NCBI GenBank assembly: GCA_009859145.1
Contig: VRVR01000014.1
Span: forward strand, 251,618-315,617
DNA: 64,000 bases
Direction: 5' to 3'
Source of the DNA: Andalucia godoyi And28
Lineage: Eukaryota > Protista > Jakobida
Positions 41,042-51,797 of this stretch are shown piece by piece. The position numbers and the translations under genes are program-made. Below the pieces are notes generated by a model that saw only the letters and a list, made by a program, of their open reading frames with translations, did no database searches and was not told where the DNA came from. Within the stretch, counting starts at the first letter, position 1, and every line of letters starts with the position of its first letter.

Positions 41042-42508
41042 ATGTCCTTGTTGGAAGGCACGTTTCTGCTGTATGCTGGTGAGAACGAGTATGAGACGGT
41101 GGATGCAGTTCTTTCGTCCACTGCGCTGATTCTGCGGCTTTCTGCAGCGCCGACAGACTGCATATCGATTGCACTTGGTCCCTTTTTCACGGTTCTTGCC
41201 ACCCAAATCCCACAATTGCCTGGGCCTATGCCTAAGTCGCCCGCGTCGTTGGGCCCCTCAATGAAAATAAGCTCTGCAATCGAAATCGTGACGCCGGAAA
41301 CCTCGGTTTTGCTGTGCGAAACGGGGGATTCTCACGAGCTGCACACAACTTGGACGCTGTTTCTTACCCAGGCATCCGTGCTGGTTACCCAGTCGCTCTT
41401 TCCTCTGAGCTCCGAGCACCTTTTCTTGTGGTTTTCACCGCCGGAAGAGGCGCTATTCGACGTTCTGAGTGCCGCAAAGAAGGAACGCGGAATCCCTGAA
41501 GACGTTGCGGTTCTGCTGACGCAGTTCAACGTGTCGCTCGTCCGCTTGTCCCTTGTCCCAAGGACTGCAGAGCAGAATCGGCGATCGCTGATTGTGTTGA
41601 ATCCGTATAATGGAAAGGAGCTATACGGGTTTTTTGGGTCCAGCAGTGGCGGCGGTGCCGTAACAGAGACCAGAGCCGGGACTCGGACAGGAATTGGAGA
41701 CGACATCGCAGTCGAGGAGGTTTCAATCGTTGAGCTTTCTGGATCGGCGGTTTCGGTTGTGGTGAACGATAGTGAATTATTTGCTGCGTTCGATGAGAAA
41801 GCCCGGTCGCGGCTTTTGAAGGAGTTTTACGGACAAGAGCGAAAGCGGCGAGAGGCGGTGACGAGAGACCGGACGGACACGACGAAGCGAGCTAGTATCA
41901 CTGGTCGAAGCGCGGAGATTGCAAACGGGTCGCTTGTGTTTGGCGAGCGATTTTCGTTTTCCAACTCGGGATCAAATTCCACTGCGAGTTCGTCCGAGTC
42001 GGGCTCCATTGCAAATAGCAGGCCGAGCAGCCGTCAGGATTCCGGGCGACCTGCGGCAGCTGCGAGCGTCAATAGCAGAGTTTCGTTTGCAGAAGAAGTG
42101 CAGGTGATTCCCGAGCGAACTGCACCGATTGCTGCAACTTCCGAGACTGTCACGGATTCCATGGATTGGAAGGTCGAGTGCGTAAAGCTGTTGACGAAAG
42201 TTCAGGTTCTTAGCGACGAGAATGCTGTTTTGGTGACACAAGTCAGTGCGATGCGAGGGCAATTGAACGAGGCGCATAACCGGATTCGAGAGCTCGAGCT
42301 CAAAATAGCGCAGAACTCGACTGGAGTTCACCAGCACCGTGATGCACCACTCTCCATGAATCATCACGATTGCCAGCTTCCTCAACAGCAGCTGCAGCAT
42401 GGGACAGAATCTGCACAAAGGACATTGAGCCGCAGCAATTCCCTCACGCAGTCGAGCGATTCCCCATCGACGTTTTCTCCAAAATCAAGGTTCCTTGCGA
42501 AGAAGTAA
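41042..42508 (+). CDS. Hypothetical protein (488 aa): beta-rich (possibly PH-like) N-terminus and C-terminal coiled coil
   Basis: Long ATG ORF; heptad region WKVECVKLLTKVQVLSDENAVL...IRELELKIAQ. Confidence 0.75.
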   Translation: MSLLEGTFLLYAGENEYETVDAVLSSTALILRLSAAPTDCISIALGPFFTVLATQIPQLPGPMPKSPASLGPSMKISSAIEIVTPETSVLLCETGDSHELHTTWTLFLTQASVLVTQSLFPLSSEHLFLWFSPPEEALFDVLSAAKKERGIPEDVAVLLTQFNVSLVRLSLVPRTAEQNRRSLIVLNPYNGKELYGFFGSSSGGGAVTETRAGTRTGIGDDIAVEEVSIVELSGSAVSVVVNDSELFAAFDEKARSRLLKEFYGQERKRREAVTRDRTDTTKRASITGRSAEIANGSLVFGERFSFSNSGSNSTASSSESGSIANSRPSSRQDSGRPAAAASVNSRVSFAEEVQVIPERTAPIAATSETVTDSMDWKVECVKLLTKVQVLSDENAVLVTQVSAMRGQLNEAHNRIRELELKIAQNSTGVHQHRDAPLSMNHHDCQLPQQQLQHGTESAQRTLSRSNSLTQSSDSPSTFSPKSRFLAKK

Positions 42509-42859
42509 TTCGCAGAGTTACGCACCGTGTTGCTGTTCATTCCACAAGCCCAGCAAAAAAGCAAACAAATGTAGGTATGTACATAAATGATGTTAAAATG
42601 TAAGTCCACTCGACTGTTTTCTTCAGCAAAGTGGTGTATCGTCCGTGTCTACTTCTCGTCCTCTCCCCGAACTCCTACGAGATTTTTGCAGGACCGACGT
42701 GGAACGGGAATCTCGAGTAGACGAAGATTTCGTTTGCCCTCTCCCCCTCCCTGCTAACAAAGGCCCAAAACAAGCCCTCGAGAACTGAGGAAAGAACGAG
42801 AACGTTCTTCCTTTTTATACATAATACTATACAAGATGGGAAAAACAGTGCGAATGGAG

Positions 42860-43988
42860 TCAGCTGAATCGGCCTCCAAGGCCATCGGCGTACTGCTGCT
42901 GGTGTTGCGGATGATGATATGACCCCATTTCATCGTCGCTCAGCTCATCATGCTGAACTGCAGACCCGTATCTGTTTCTTGCGCCGGCACTGCCAGGTCG
43001 CCCACTTTGTACGTTGTTTCTACTGGACGGGTTCAGCGCCGCGTAATTTGAATTTCTCGCGAATCCAGAGACCGACATAGACGACGATGCCGAGTCACCC
43101 GCTCCATTCCAAGCGGACTTTCTAATTCCATCTCCGTTGCTGCTCGTCGCCGGTGGTTTGCCAAGCATGACTGGTTCTGCATTTTCCATTTCTGCGACCC
43201 GTCCAAACCAGGTGTTGCTTGCAGTTCCTTTGCTCAGCAGTGTGGACACCGCTTGCTGCACCAGGTCTTCTTCCGACCCATCGAATTCAATGTAGGTCCT
43301 GCTCTTCCGCTTTGGACTGCCAGGTCGCAGAACCTCCACGGCGCCCTGGGGCACAGGCTGGGTGTGCAGTCGCGGATCCAGCAACATTCCCTGCTCTGCA
43401 TACACGGACGCCTGCGAAGGGGGCCGCGACATAGCAGGCAACGGAGTTCTTCTTACCGGGCTTGCCGGGCGTTCACGCTCCATCGAAAGCGAGAGCGCCG
43501 CAGCAGACGGCCGACTCGCGATTGATGTCGGTGGCTGTACAACAGTCGGAACCGGATTCCACGACACCTGGGGATGATGGTGCCTTTCAGCGTTTGCATG
43601 CTGCGCCACAACCTGAGTCGGCACCAACGGCTGCGGCTCTGAAGCGGGCACTTGCAGTGGCTTTTGGTCGATGCGAGACTCGTCTGTTTGAATGACAATC
43701 GAGTTCTTGGCGACTCGTTTGAGCTTGCGTCTCAGCTTTCGTGCCAGATAGCCCTTCCAAACCGCCTGAATCTTTCGAGCAGCCACAAACTCGCGAGTGT
43801 CGATCTTCTTCTCCACTACATTTGCGCTCACATTCCCATTCTCGTCAATCGAGATCGTAATGTGGATGTTCCGGCGCCCAGATGCCAGTAGCGCCCGAAG
43901 ATCAATCCCTTTTGGTGCACTTGCCTCTTCCGCCTGTTTCGTCTTTTCCCGTGAATCATCAGCAGAGCCATCGGAGCCGTCATCATCA

Positions 43989-44023
<35 letters not shown>

Positions 44024-44209
44024 TCCATCGTCATCGTCATCGCCCGAGTCATCGCCCGAGTCATCGCCCGAGTCATTGTCCGAGTCATTGTCCGAGTCAT
44101 TGTCCGAGTCATTGTCCGAGTCATTGTCCGAATTCTCTTCTTCAGAATCGTCGGAATTGTCGTCGCTGCTTGCATTGGAAGACCCGTCATCATCGGAATC
44201 CGAAGCCAT
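42860..44209 (-). CDS. IQ-motif protein with an Asp/Ser-rich N-terminus (449 aa)
   Basis: AARKIQAVWKGYLARK is a canonical IQxxxRGxxxR-type motif. ATG at 44209; the upstream TTG extension is UTR repeat sequence. Confidence 0.75.
44040..44130. repeat. 12-bp coding tandem repeat (DNDS/GDDS) in the IQ gene
   Basis: CCGAGTCATTGT about x5 and CCGAGTCATCGC about x3 on the plus strand. Confidence 0.9.
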
Positions 44210-44746
44210 TGTATTCTTCGATTGCACACGGAACACTTCAAAACAAAAACAAAAACAAAAACACTCCAAAAACAAAAACAAAAACACTCCAAAAACAAGA
44301 AGAGAAGCACGAAAAACAAGAAGAGAAGCACGAAACGAAAATTTAAAATAAGGAGATTAACGGCTTCGTCGCCGACTGTAGCTGCATGTTTTCATCCCGC
44401 ATCACCTGCCGTAGATGCACCCCTGCGTCGGGACAACAGACCCAAAGAGACCCAAAGCAACGTCCGGGTTTGCGCATGCATTTCTGCTTCATTTATCTAA
44501 TTGCTTTTGGCCTGTGGCTTTGCGGTCAAGTGTTGTTGATCAAAAGAACGTATTATAACAACAGAGTAAGCTCTCCTTTTTCTTTTTTCTTTTTCTTTTT
44601 TCTTCATTCCCTTTTCTTTCTTCTTTCTTCTTTTTCTTTTTCTGATTTTGTTTTGGTTTAGTTTAGTTTTTAAAAAAAGAAAAAATAGTATTACTTTAGT
44701 TTGGCTGGTGTTTTGTCTTGGGGAGACGGACACGAAGAATAGAAAA

Positions 44747-47700
44747 ATGCTGTCTTCTGCGTTCAGGAATCTTGATCCTCAGCAAACCGGGCGAGTGTCT
44801 GTGCAGGATTTTCAAAAGGCACTTGGGCAGTTTGGCATAAAGTCGGGGATCAATCCGATTCTGCGCAAGTTTCAAACTGAGCAAGGCTCAGTTGCTTATG
44901 GAGACTTTCTGAACTACTTTGATTCGGTCCGCGGCGAGCGCCGAGCAGTCTCCTCCAACAGACCCGCTCAATCTGCTAATCAAATCGTACGTTTTTCTCA
45001 ACACGATCCTTCTTTTTGAAATTTGTAATTTGAATACTCCGACTGTTTACGGTAACACTAATGTGACAACGACGACGATGTTGGTGATAACTGTTGATCT
45101 TCTGTAGAATGCGCGGCTGAAGGAGATTGAAGCGACGATTCCAGAGGCGGCGGAAAGCTCTCCAAGCGCAAACTCGACTCCTAGCAAGCTGCATCGTGTG
45201 CAAAAGCTCTATTCGGACTTGCGGATTGCTCCGGATAGTCCGACTGCCCTCCAAGCGCTGTTTGCGGTGCACGTGTCTCCTTCTCCTTCTTCTTCTTCTT
45301 CTTCTTCAGCTTCAATTCCTCCCCCTCCCCATTCTTCTTCCGGGAAGCCTGGGTCTGAGGGCGCCAATGGGAATGGCAATGCATCGCTCAGTGTGCACCA
45401 GTCTCAGTCGGCAAACTTTGCCTACTTGTCTACGGGAGCAACACCGAGCGTAGATCCATTGGTTGCAAAGAAGCAGCGGATAGGGAATCTTCTGCGGAAC
45501 ATGGACGCGGAAGGCACGGGATCGGTTCCAGTGTCTGAGTTCAAGATTTCCCTCGAGACGGTCGGGATTGACCCGTCTTCAGAGCGCGTGCAGCGCATGA
45601 TGAAGCAGTCCATCGAGCCGAGCATCGCTGCCGCCTTGCCCTCATCCTCCGCCTCGCCGTCGTCGTTGTCGTTGTCGTCGTCCTCATCGACAAGAAGTAA
45701 TGTTGACTATGTCAAGTTTCTTGCGTTGGTGGATTCGGCATCGGAGCTGGAAGACACTTCGATCAGAAGACCTGTTGCCAAGCACAACATCGAGTCTGTT
45801 GAAGAGCGTGTGCCGGGAAAACCCCGACGACACGGTTCTGCGACACCGCTCTCGTCTCCAAATCCGCTCAATGACGAAACTCCTGTCGTTTTCCGGCCGT
45901 CGAGAAGGCTTGTGGATGTCGAGGGGTATGCAGCAGAGAGTTGCGAAGAAAGGGACGTATTTCAGGGCGCTCATAGAAGAAAGATTCCGCAAAGCCAGTC
46001 CTCGACGCTAGAAGGAGATGATCATGTGATTCGCACTTCCGGAAAGCGTGGTGTAGTGAGAGCGAACTATTTCAAGTTCCTTGACTCGGAAGATTCGCCG
46101 TGGAATGTTCCAGATGCAATTCATGAAGACATGGAGATTCGCAAGGTGCGTGAGATTGTTGCTTCCAAGCTTGATTATTCCAAAGCCAATATCAGCAATC
46201 TGTTCCGAGAATTTGACGAAAATGGCGATGGCGTGATCTCTGTGGATGAGTTTAGAAACGGACTGCAGTCTTTGGGAGTCCACCTGCCGGAAGACAGGTT
46301 TCAGGTGCTTGTCAAGAAGACCGACAGAGACGGTGACGGAGAAATTGATTTTGGCGAGTTTGTGCAAGTGATGAAGTACCACGGTGGCAGTGGCGGTGAG
46401 ATTTCAGAAGACCCGTTCGCAAAGCAAGCTTCCTCGCTGAAAAGACAGGCCTCGATTCGCATCATGCAGCGAGAGTCCAGCATGAAGGACATCATCCAAG
46501 GAAAGCCAGTGGAAGAGCTTGCAAACGGTTCCGACGCCGACTATGGTACTAATGATAACGATTCTGCGGCCCCGTCTGGCACATCTGGCGCTTCTGTTGT
46601 CCGAAGAGGGCCTGTTTCAAAGACATTTGCGACTTCCACATCCGATGTGCAAGATAGAAAGGAACTAGAGGCCTCTGTAAGAAGAGATCGCCGTCTGCGA
46701 GACAAAATTTGCAAGGCAATTTTCGAAAAGAACCCCGGCACGTCCATCCGCGATCTGTTCCGTGCATTTGATGCTGACAAGAACGGACTGATTGATCATG
46801 AGGAATTCCGCAGGGGATTGAAGAGCGCAGGAGTCGATTTGACCATTAATGAGTTCGAGCGATTGGTTCACAATGTGGGAAAGCAAGAGCGCGATGGTGA
46901 AATCAGCTACACGGAATTTGCGTCATTAATGGGTCTTGATGAAGTGCCTGCGGGTGCCACGCTGAATGCTGGAGATACTAGCGAGGATGCTGTTAGCAAT
47001 GGGTACCGCGGAGTCAAGCATTTTGGCAATACACCAGACCATATGCAGTCTTCCATCTACGAGCATCAGGAGGTGCAGCGGCTCACTCCTGCACAGCGAC
47101 ACGGTATTGTGCTTCGCAAGAAGTTGACTGAAAAGCTGGATGCTTTGGGGAAAACGGCTACGGAAGTCTTTTTGGAACTGGATGCCGACAGGTCGGGCCT
47201 CTTGTCTGCGGAGGAAATCACCAGTGGATTTGGCAAGTACGGTCTCAAACTGTCCCATGAAGATGTGGATCAAATTGTGGAACGCTGCGATCCAGAGGGT
47301 TCTGGAAAGATTACTGTGTCTGATATTGCAGCATATTTGGCCCTTGAAACGGCTGGCCCTGCGACTGGGACGAATCCCTCGAAGCTTCAACGCTCATTGT
47401 CGAACATGCACCGTATTTCCAAAGAATCTTCCGAAGTTCAAAAAGAGCGTGGTTTGTTCAACCAGATCCGCCAAAAATTCTCCGAGCGTTCCACATCTGC
47501 TCGCCGACTGTTCATGGACCTGGACATAAATCACGATGGAGAGCTTTCTCGGGAGGAGTTTGCGGATGGTCTGTTGCGCCAGGGTCTGAATTTGTCCAGT
47601 GCTGAAATCGATTTTGTGTATCGACGCTGCGATGCAGACCAGTCCGGTACCGTTGATCTTTCGGAATTCCAACGAGTGTTCGACGGAGTTGTTAGTGGCG

Positions 47701-49877
47701 AGTCCGCGAAATCAAGCACCGTCAATGCTGCGGGTGGGAGTGTAGACTACTCACGGGTTCCTTTACAGATGCGATCGCATTTTGACAATGGCGGCTGGAC
47801 GTCCGAGATGGCTACTCCGATGGTCCAGAGTCGACACGTTGACACGCGGCTCTTTGAGAAGCGAATGTTTGGGGATGACGACGACGCAGCGTCGTCGGTG
47901 GACATGTCTTCGGACCATGGCGGTCCTGGTGGTGACGACAGTCACTCAGTGGTGTCTCAAGAATCACGGTCGACTGGTTCAAACACTTTCCACCAGTTTT
48001 TGCAGCAACCGCTGTCTTCCGGGGATGCAAGCTTACCTTCATCGTTTGCTTTCAAGCCTCGCTCGAGTTTTAATCCGGACGTGAATAGTGAGGATGCGTC
48101 GCATGGCTCGAACTCCCAGCACAACAACAGCAACAGCAACAGCAACATCAACGACAGCATCAGCAGCAGCAGCGGCGGCTTGAATATGAGTACGAGTGGC
48201 AGCCGACCGGCAGTATCATGGAACGAGCCTGCAGGACGTGCGCTTCGTTCGTCTCTATTGGATCTTCATTCTGCAGCCCAAATTCGGGAAACGTTTCGCA
48301 TTTTTGATCGCAATCGAAACGGCAAGATTGCAAGAACTGATTTTGAGGCTGCGGTTCGCTCGCTCCTTCACAGTGCGACGGGGCTCACGGACCGCAAGTC
48401 CAAGACGGACAACCTGCTTGTCGAGCGTGCGACGCAGGCGTTTTCGGAAGGACGAGAGGGCGTTGTTGTGGACTATTCCAAGTTTATGCACGCTCTTGAT
48501 CTTTCCAAGCAGCTTTTCGAAGACTCTGCAAGTTTCCAGTCAGGAGCAAACGAGAAGCCGATTATTGACGCGCACCGTACCACTACTGCAAACAGCATCA
48601 TCGCTCACGAAGAGTTTGCAGCTCCCTCTGAACAGGTCCGTGCGCTTGTTTCACCGATGAAGCCTCGTCGGGGACACGACGACCACTTTGACATGCTGCA
48701 TTTCCCATCGGAACGCTCCGAAGTCGATTCGAACCAGTCTCCCAAACCTCAGCGGACCGGGCGTCGAATGGTCACTGCGCCCCGGCAAGACTCCCTTCTT
48801 GGAACCACATTCAAAGAGCTACCGTCAAACTCATCCTCTCCTCCGCCACCACTGCCACCTCCTACTCATAGCCGTTCCAATGCCCAAGCCTCACCGTCCC
48901 AGTCTCTCGGGGTTTTGCCTCTTGCTCCCGAGCAAGTCCCGCGATCGTCGATCCGGGTCTATCATTCCTCTTCTCCTTCTCCTTCTGCGTCTGCGTCTGC
49001 GCCCCGGAATGGTACAGAGTCGCCACGGCCGACGACGGGAACTGCGGGCCAGCAGTCTGCTGTTGGCGAGCAAAAGCTCTTTGCAGCCAAGCGCCGAGCT
49101 CCGATTCCGGACTCTGGTGATCTCTCTGTGAACCTTGTTCGCGGCACAAAGCGAGTTTCGACAGCGACCTCTGAGCCCGAGTCGTCTCGAAAGCTGTTCC
49201 TCTCAAAGAAGCGCGTGGTAGATGCGCCGCAAGAGTCCATTTCTCTCGAGTTTGCAGAAAACACACCGCGAGAACCAGATCGAGGTTCTTCGTTGTCGTC
49301 GTCTTCGGCAATGCAGAAGCAACCGGAAAAGACGCGCAAGATTGATGACCTGATCCGACAGAAGGTATACCAGAACTCGTCGTCGCCACGCCAGGCATTC
49401 AACCGTGTGATTTCCGATCCAAGAAAAGACCGCGTGTCCGTCGAAGATTTGCAACTTGCACTGCGCAACATGAATCTCGAAGTCTCTGCGGCCCAAGTGC
49501 GCCGGGTTGTTCGCGAAGCCAACCGCGGTCGTGCATCCGAAGGACTTACGTATGAGCAATTCTGCAATGGATTCCTCGAACCCACCACCACCACCACAAG
49601 AGGCGCAGGCTCTCCAGCCACTGAAACTGGAGAAAAGTCTCACGTGATGAGGTCCCCGAATGTGTCGCGCCAGGCAGCGTTTTCCGCGCAGAACCACGGA
49701 AACATCCTTGCGCATCACTCGGGGCCGGCAGACCAAGCAGAAAAGACAGTCGAACCACTCAGGCCCGTCGGCCCGTACCACTCTCCCCACTCTCGAGGAA
49801 CTGTCTACTCCTCTCCATCGGCTCGCGCCCGCGGTTCTCCACGCTCCTCGGGCGACATTATCGCATGGAGAGAATGA
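44747..49877 (+). CDS. Giant multi-EF-hand protein (1669 aa, EFCAB6-like organisation), two exons: 44747..44986 and 45108..49877
   Basis: About eight EF-hand pairs. Canonical loops include DENGDGVISVDE, DRDGDGEIDFGE, DADKNGLIDHEE, DADRSGLLSAEE, DINHDGELSREE and DADQSGTVDLSE. A GTACGT...TAG intron joins ORFs 44648 and 45198 in frame. Confidence 0.9.
44987..45107 (+). other. Spliceosomal intron in the EF-hand gene (121 nt)
   Basis: GTACGT donor, CACTAAT branch-like site, CTTCTGTAG acceptor; phase 0. Confidence 0.85.
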
Positions 49878-50022
49878 CCAGCCCACCCCCCAGTCGTACT
49901 GGTCGTAAAAAACAATAAATTGTCAAATTTCTCGTTTCCTGAACGGTACAGCAGGTGATGACACCTTGTTTTGGTATTTTATTCTTTGAATTTATATAGT
50001 AATAATTATTAAAAAAAAAAGA

Positions 50023-50223
50023 CTAGGATGCTTCGGGCTTTGGCACGGCGAGAGGAGGACGGGGCGATGATTCAGGGGATGGCTTACGGCTTCGTAGGGA
50101 GTGAAGGTTGAAAGCATCTTCGAAAAAGATGCCAAATGAAGCAAATGCAACGCCGGAAAGACCGAGAAACAGCCTTGCACGTCTCGGAATCGCCCTATAC
50201 CTGTCCCAGATGCCCGCCGCCAT
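50023..50223 (-). CDS. 66-aa single-TM microprotein
   Basis: ATG in a good context (AATGGCG). WDRYRAIPRRARLFLGLSGVAFASFGIFFED is a basic amphipathic segment plus a TM helix. It sits in a GC-rich island between AT-rich spacers. Confidence 0.6.
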   Translation of the reverse strand: MAAGIWDRYRAIPRRARLFLGLSGVAFASFGIFFEDAFNLHSLRSRKPSPESSPRPPLAVPKPEAS

Positions 50224-50376
50224 TCCAATCTACTAGAAAAATAACTAGCTGTTGAATCGAACGAAGAAGCAAGAAGAAGCAAGGGAGAAGGGGGAAAAAA
50301 AAAATAAGAAAGAAAAGAGGAAAGAAAGGGTTTGAACGCGGAAGCCATTAGACAAAAAGAAAAGGCTTTTGGAAAA

Positions 50377-50988
50377 TTACAGAACAGACGAGAGAGCGAC
50401 GGAGACTACGGTCGCGAGGCCCTGGGCCATGAGGACGAGGAGAATGGCGCGGAGCCAGGTTGAGGCATTGTTGAGTGCGATTCCGACGGTGATTGCAAGT
50501 GATGCTAGGACGTAGAGATGGACGAGCCTGCTGTACATTGCCTGGGAATAGTTCCAAATGAACGGGAGCAGCAGCGCGGACTTGCCGAGGAGTGCGACGG
50601 CGAACTCGCGGGGTGTGAACGACGGTCCGGCAAGGAACAACAGTGCGCCGAGCATGACAGCGTAGTGCGTCGCGTCCAGCGCAAATTGTAGCATCAAGTG
50701 CCGCGGGGAGGCAGAGAGTGCCGCTTCAAGCACGCAGTTGAGTGCCACTGCCGCAAACAACAAGACCGGCGACGCACTGGTCGTAAACTCCGTGTTGCGC
50801 AGCAAATGCCGAAATGCCGCCGGTCGTAACAGCAGCACATCCAGAAGAATCACAATCAGCTCCAGCTCAATGTACGGGTCCGCGGGCTTGCGACACCCCG
50901 TGCAGTCCGTCAGCCGCAAGTCATCCTGCACACGGACAGCCGTATACAAGTCTGGAACAGACGCTCCACAATGCACACACTGCGGCAT
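50377..50988 (-). CDS. ARV1: Arv1 lipid/sterol homeostasis protein
   Basis: Arv1 homology domain CVHCG...LY...CTGCRKPADPYIE..IVILLDVLLLRPAAFRHLLRN, followed by TM segments. Confidence 0.9.
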   Translation of the reverse strand: MPQCVHCGASVPDLYTAVRVQDDLRLTDCTGCRKPADPYIELELIVILLDVLLLRPAAFRHLLRNTEFTTSASPVLLFAAVALNCVLEAALSASPRHLMLQFALDATHYAVMLGALLFLAGPSFTPREFAVALLGKSALLLPFIWNYSQAMYSRLVHLYVLASLAITVGIALNNASTWLRAILLVLMAQGLATVVSVALSSVL

Positions 50989-51303
50989 CGTTGTCCTTGC
51001 GCGCTCGAGTCAAGACAAGAAAAAAGCAAATCATACTCGCTGACAGAATGCAATCCACCAAAAAAGTCGACAATGTTCAATCTTTCCGTCAAACAGACTT
51101 CCAAAAGAAAGAACGGAAGCAAAACCCGTTTTAGCATCACTTGATGCAATATTTTCTCTCCGCCCTGTTTTCCCCCCTTTTAGCTTTCGTCGCGTTTGAT
51201 TGGCTTTGGATGGGAAAAATGGAAAGAAGGGGAATATATTTATTTTTAATTAAAAGAAAAGAGAACAAAAAGCAGGGAAAAAAAGAAAGGGGAAAAAAAA
51301 GAG

Positions 51304-51732
51304 ATGTCAGGAGTTGGCCTGCGGTCGTCTGTGCTCGGGTCGTTTCGGCGGTTGCTGCGAGCGGCCGAGGCGACGTTCTCGCATGATTCGCAGATGCTCG
51401 TTTCGTCGCGCTCGGAGATCCGGTCGCACTACGATTCGAATCGACAGTTGTCGAACAGCGGGATGATACGACAGGCGCTTGAGATGGCGGAGGAAGCGGC
51501 GCGGTTTGTGCGTCAAGCGGTCGTACAGACGGATGGAGCGCGTCTGCGGATGTCCGCGGAGCAAGTACAGCTGGCGAACGGATATGTTGAGATTGAGCAG
51601 GTGAATGCGGATCTGCTGCGGGCGGTGGACGACGAGGTCAGAGGAGTGGCCGTGGAGAAGAAAGTATGCGATGGATCGTCGTGCAAGTCATGCTCCTGCG
51701 GCAAGGTCGCCCGCACTGCTTGCTCGTCGTGA
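51304..51732 (+). CDS. LYRM7: LYR-family protein, LYRM7/Mzm1-like, with a Cys-rich tail
   Basis: VLGSFRRLLRAAEATFSHDSQMLVSSRSEIRSHY...ALEMAEEAARFVRQAVVQ matches the recalled Mzm1/LYRM7 pattern. Confidence 0.78.
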   Translation: MSGVGLRSSVLGSFRRLLRAAEATFSHDSQMLVSSRSEIRSHYDSNRQLSNSGMIRQALEMAEEAARFVRQAVVQTDGARLRMSAEQVQLANGYVEIEQVNADLLRAVDDEVRGVAVEKKVCDGSSCKSCSCGKVARTACSS

Positions 51733-51797
51733 GTCTGTACAGAAAGTAAGTCAATCAGAAATAAAAATGTGTTGAGCGGTTTAATGTCCGTTTGCAG

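Noticed and set aside
42575-42626. GTATGT...TTCAG 52-nt candidate intron downstream of the 41042 gene stop
   Set aside because: It lies in a 3' UTR, so no reading frame can validate it; needs RNA-seq.
43797-44351. Plus-strand Ser-rich ORF and the His/Arg-rich ORF 43882..44346
   Set aside because: By-products of the Asp/Ser repeats of the IQ gene on the opposite strand.
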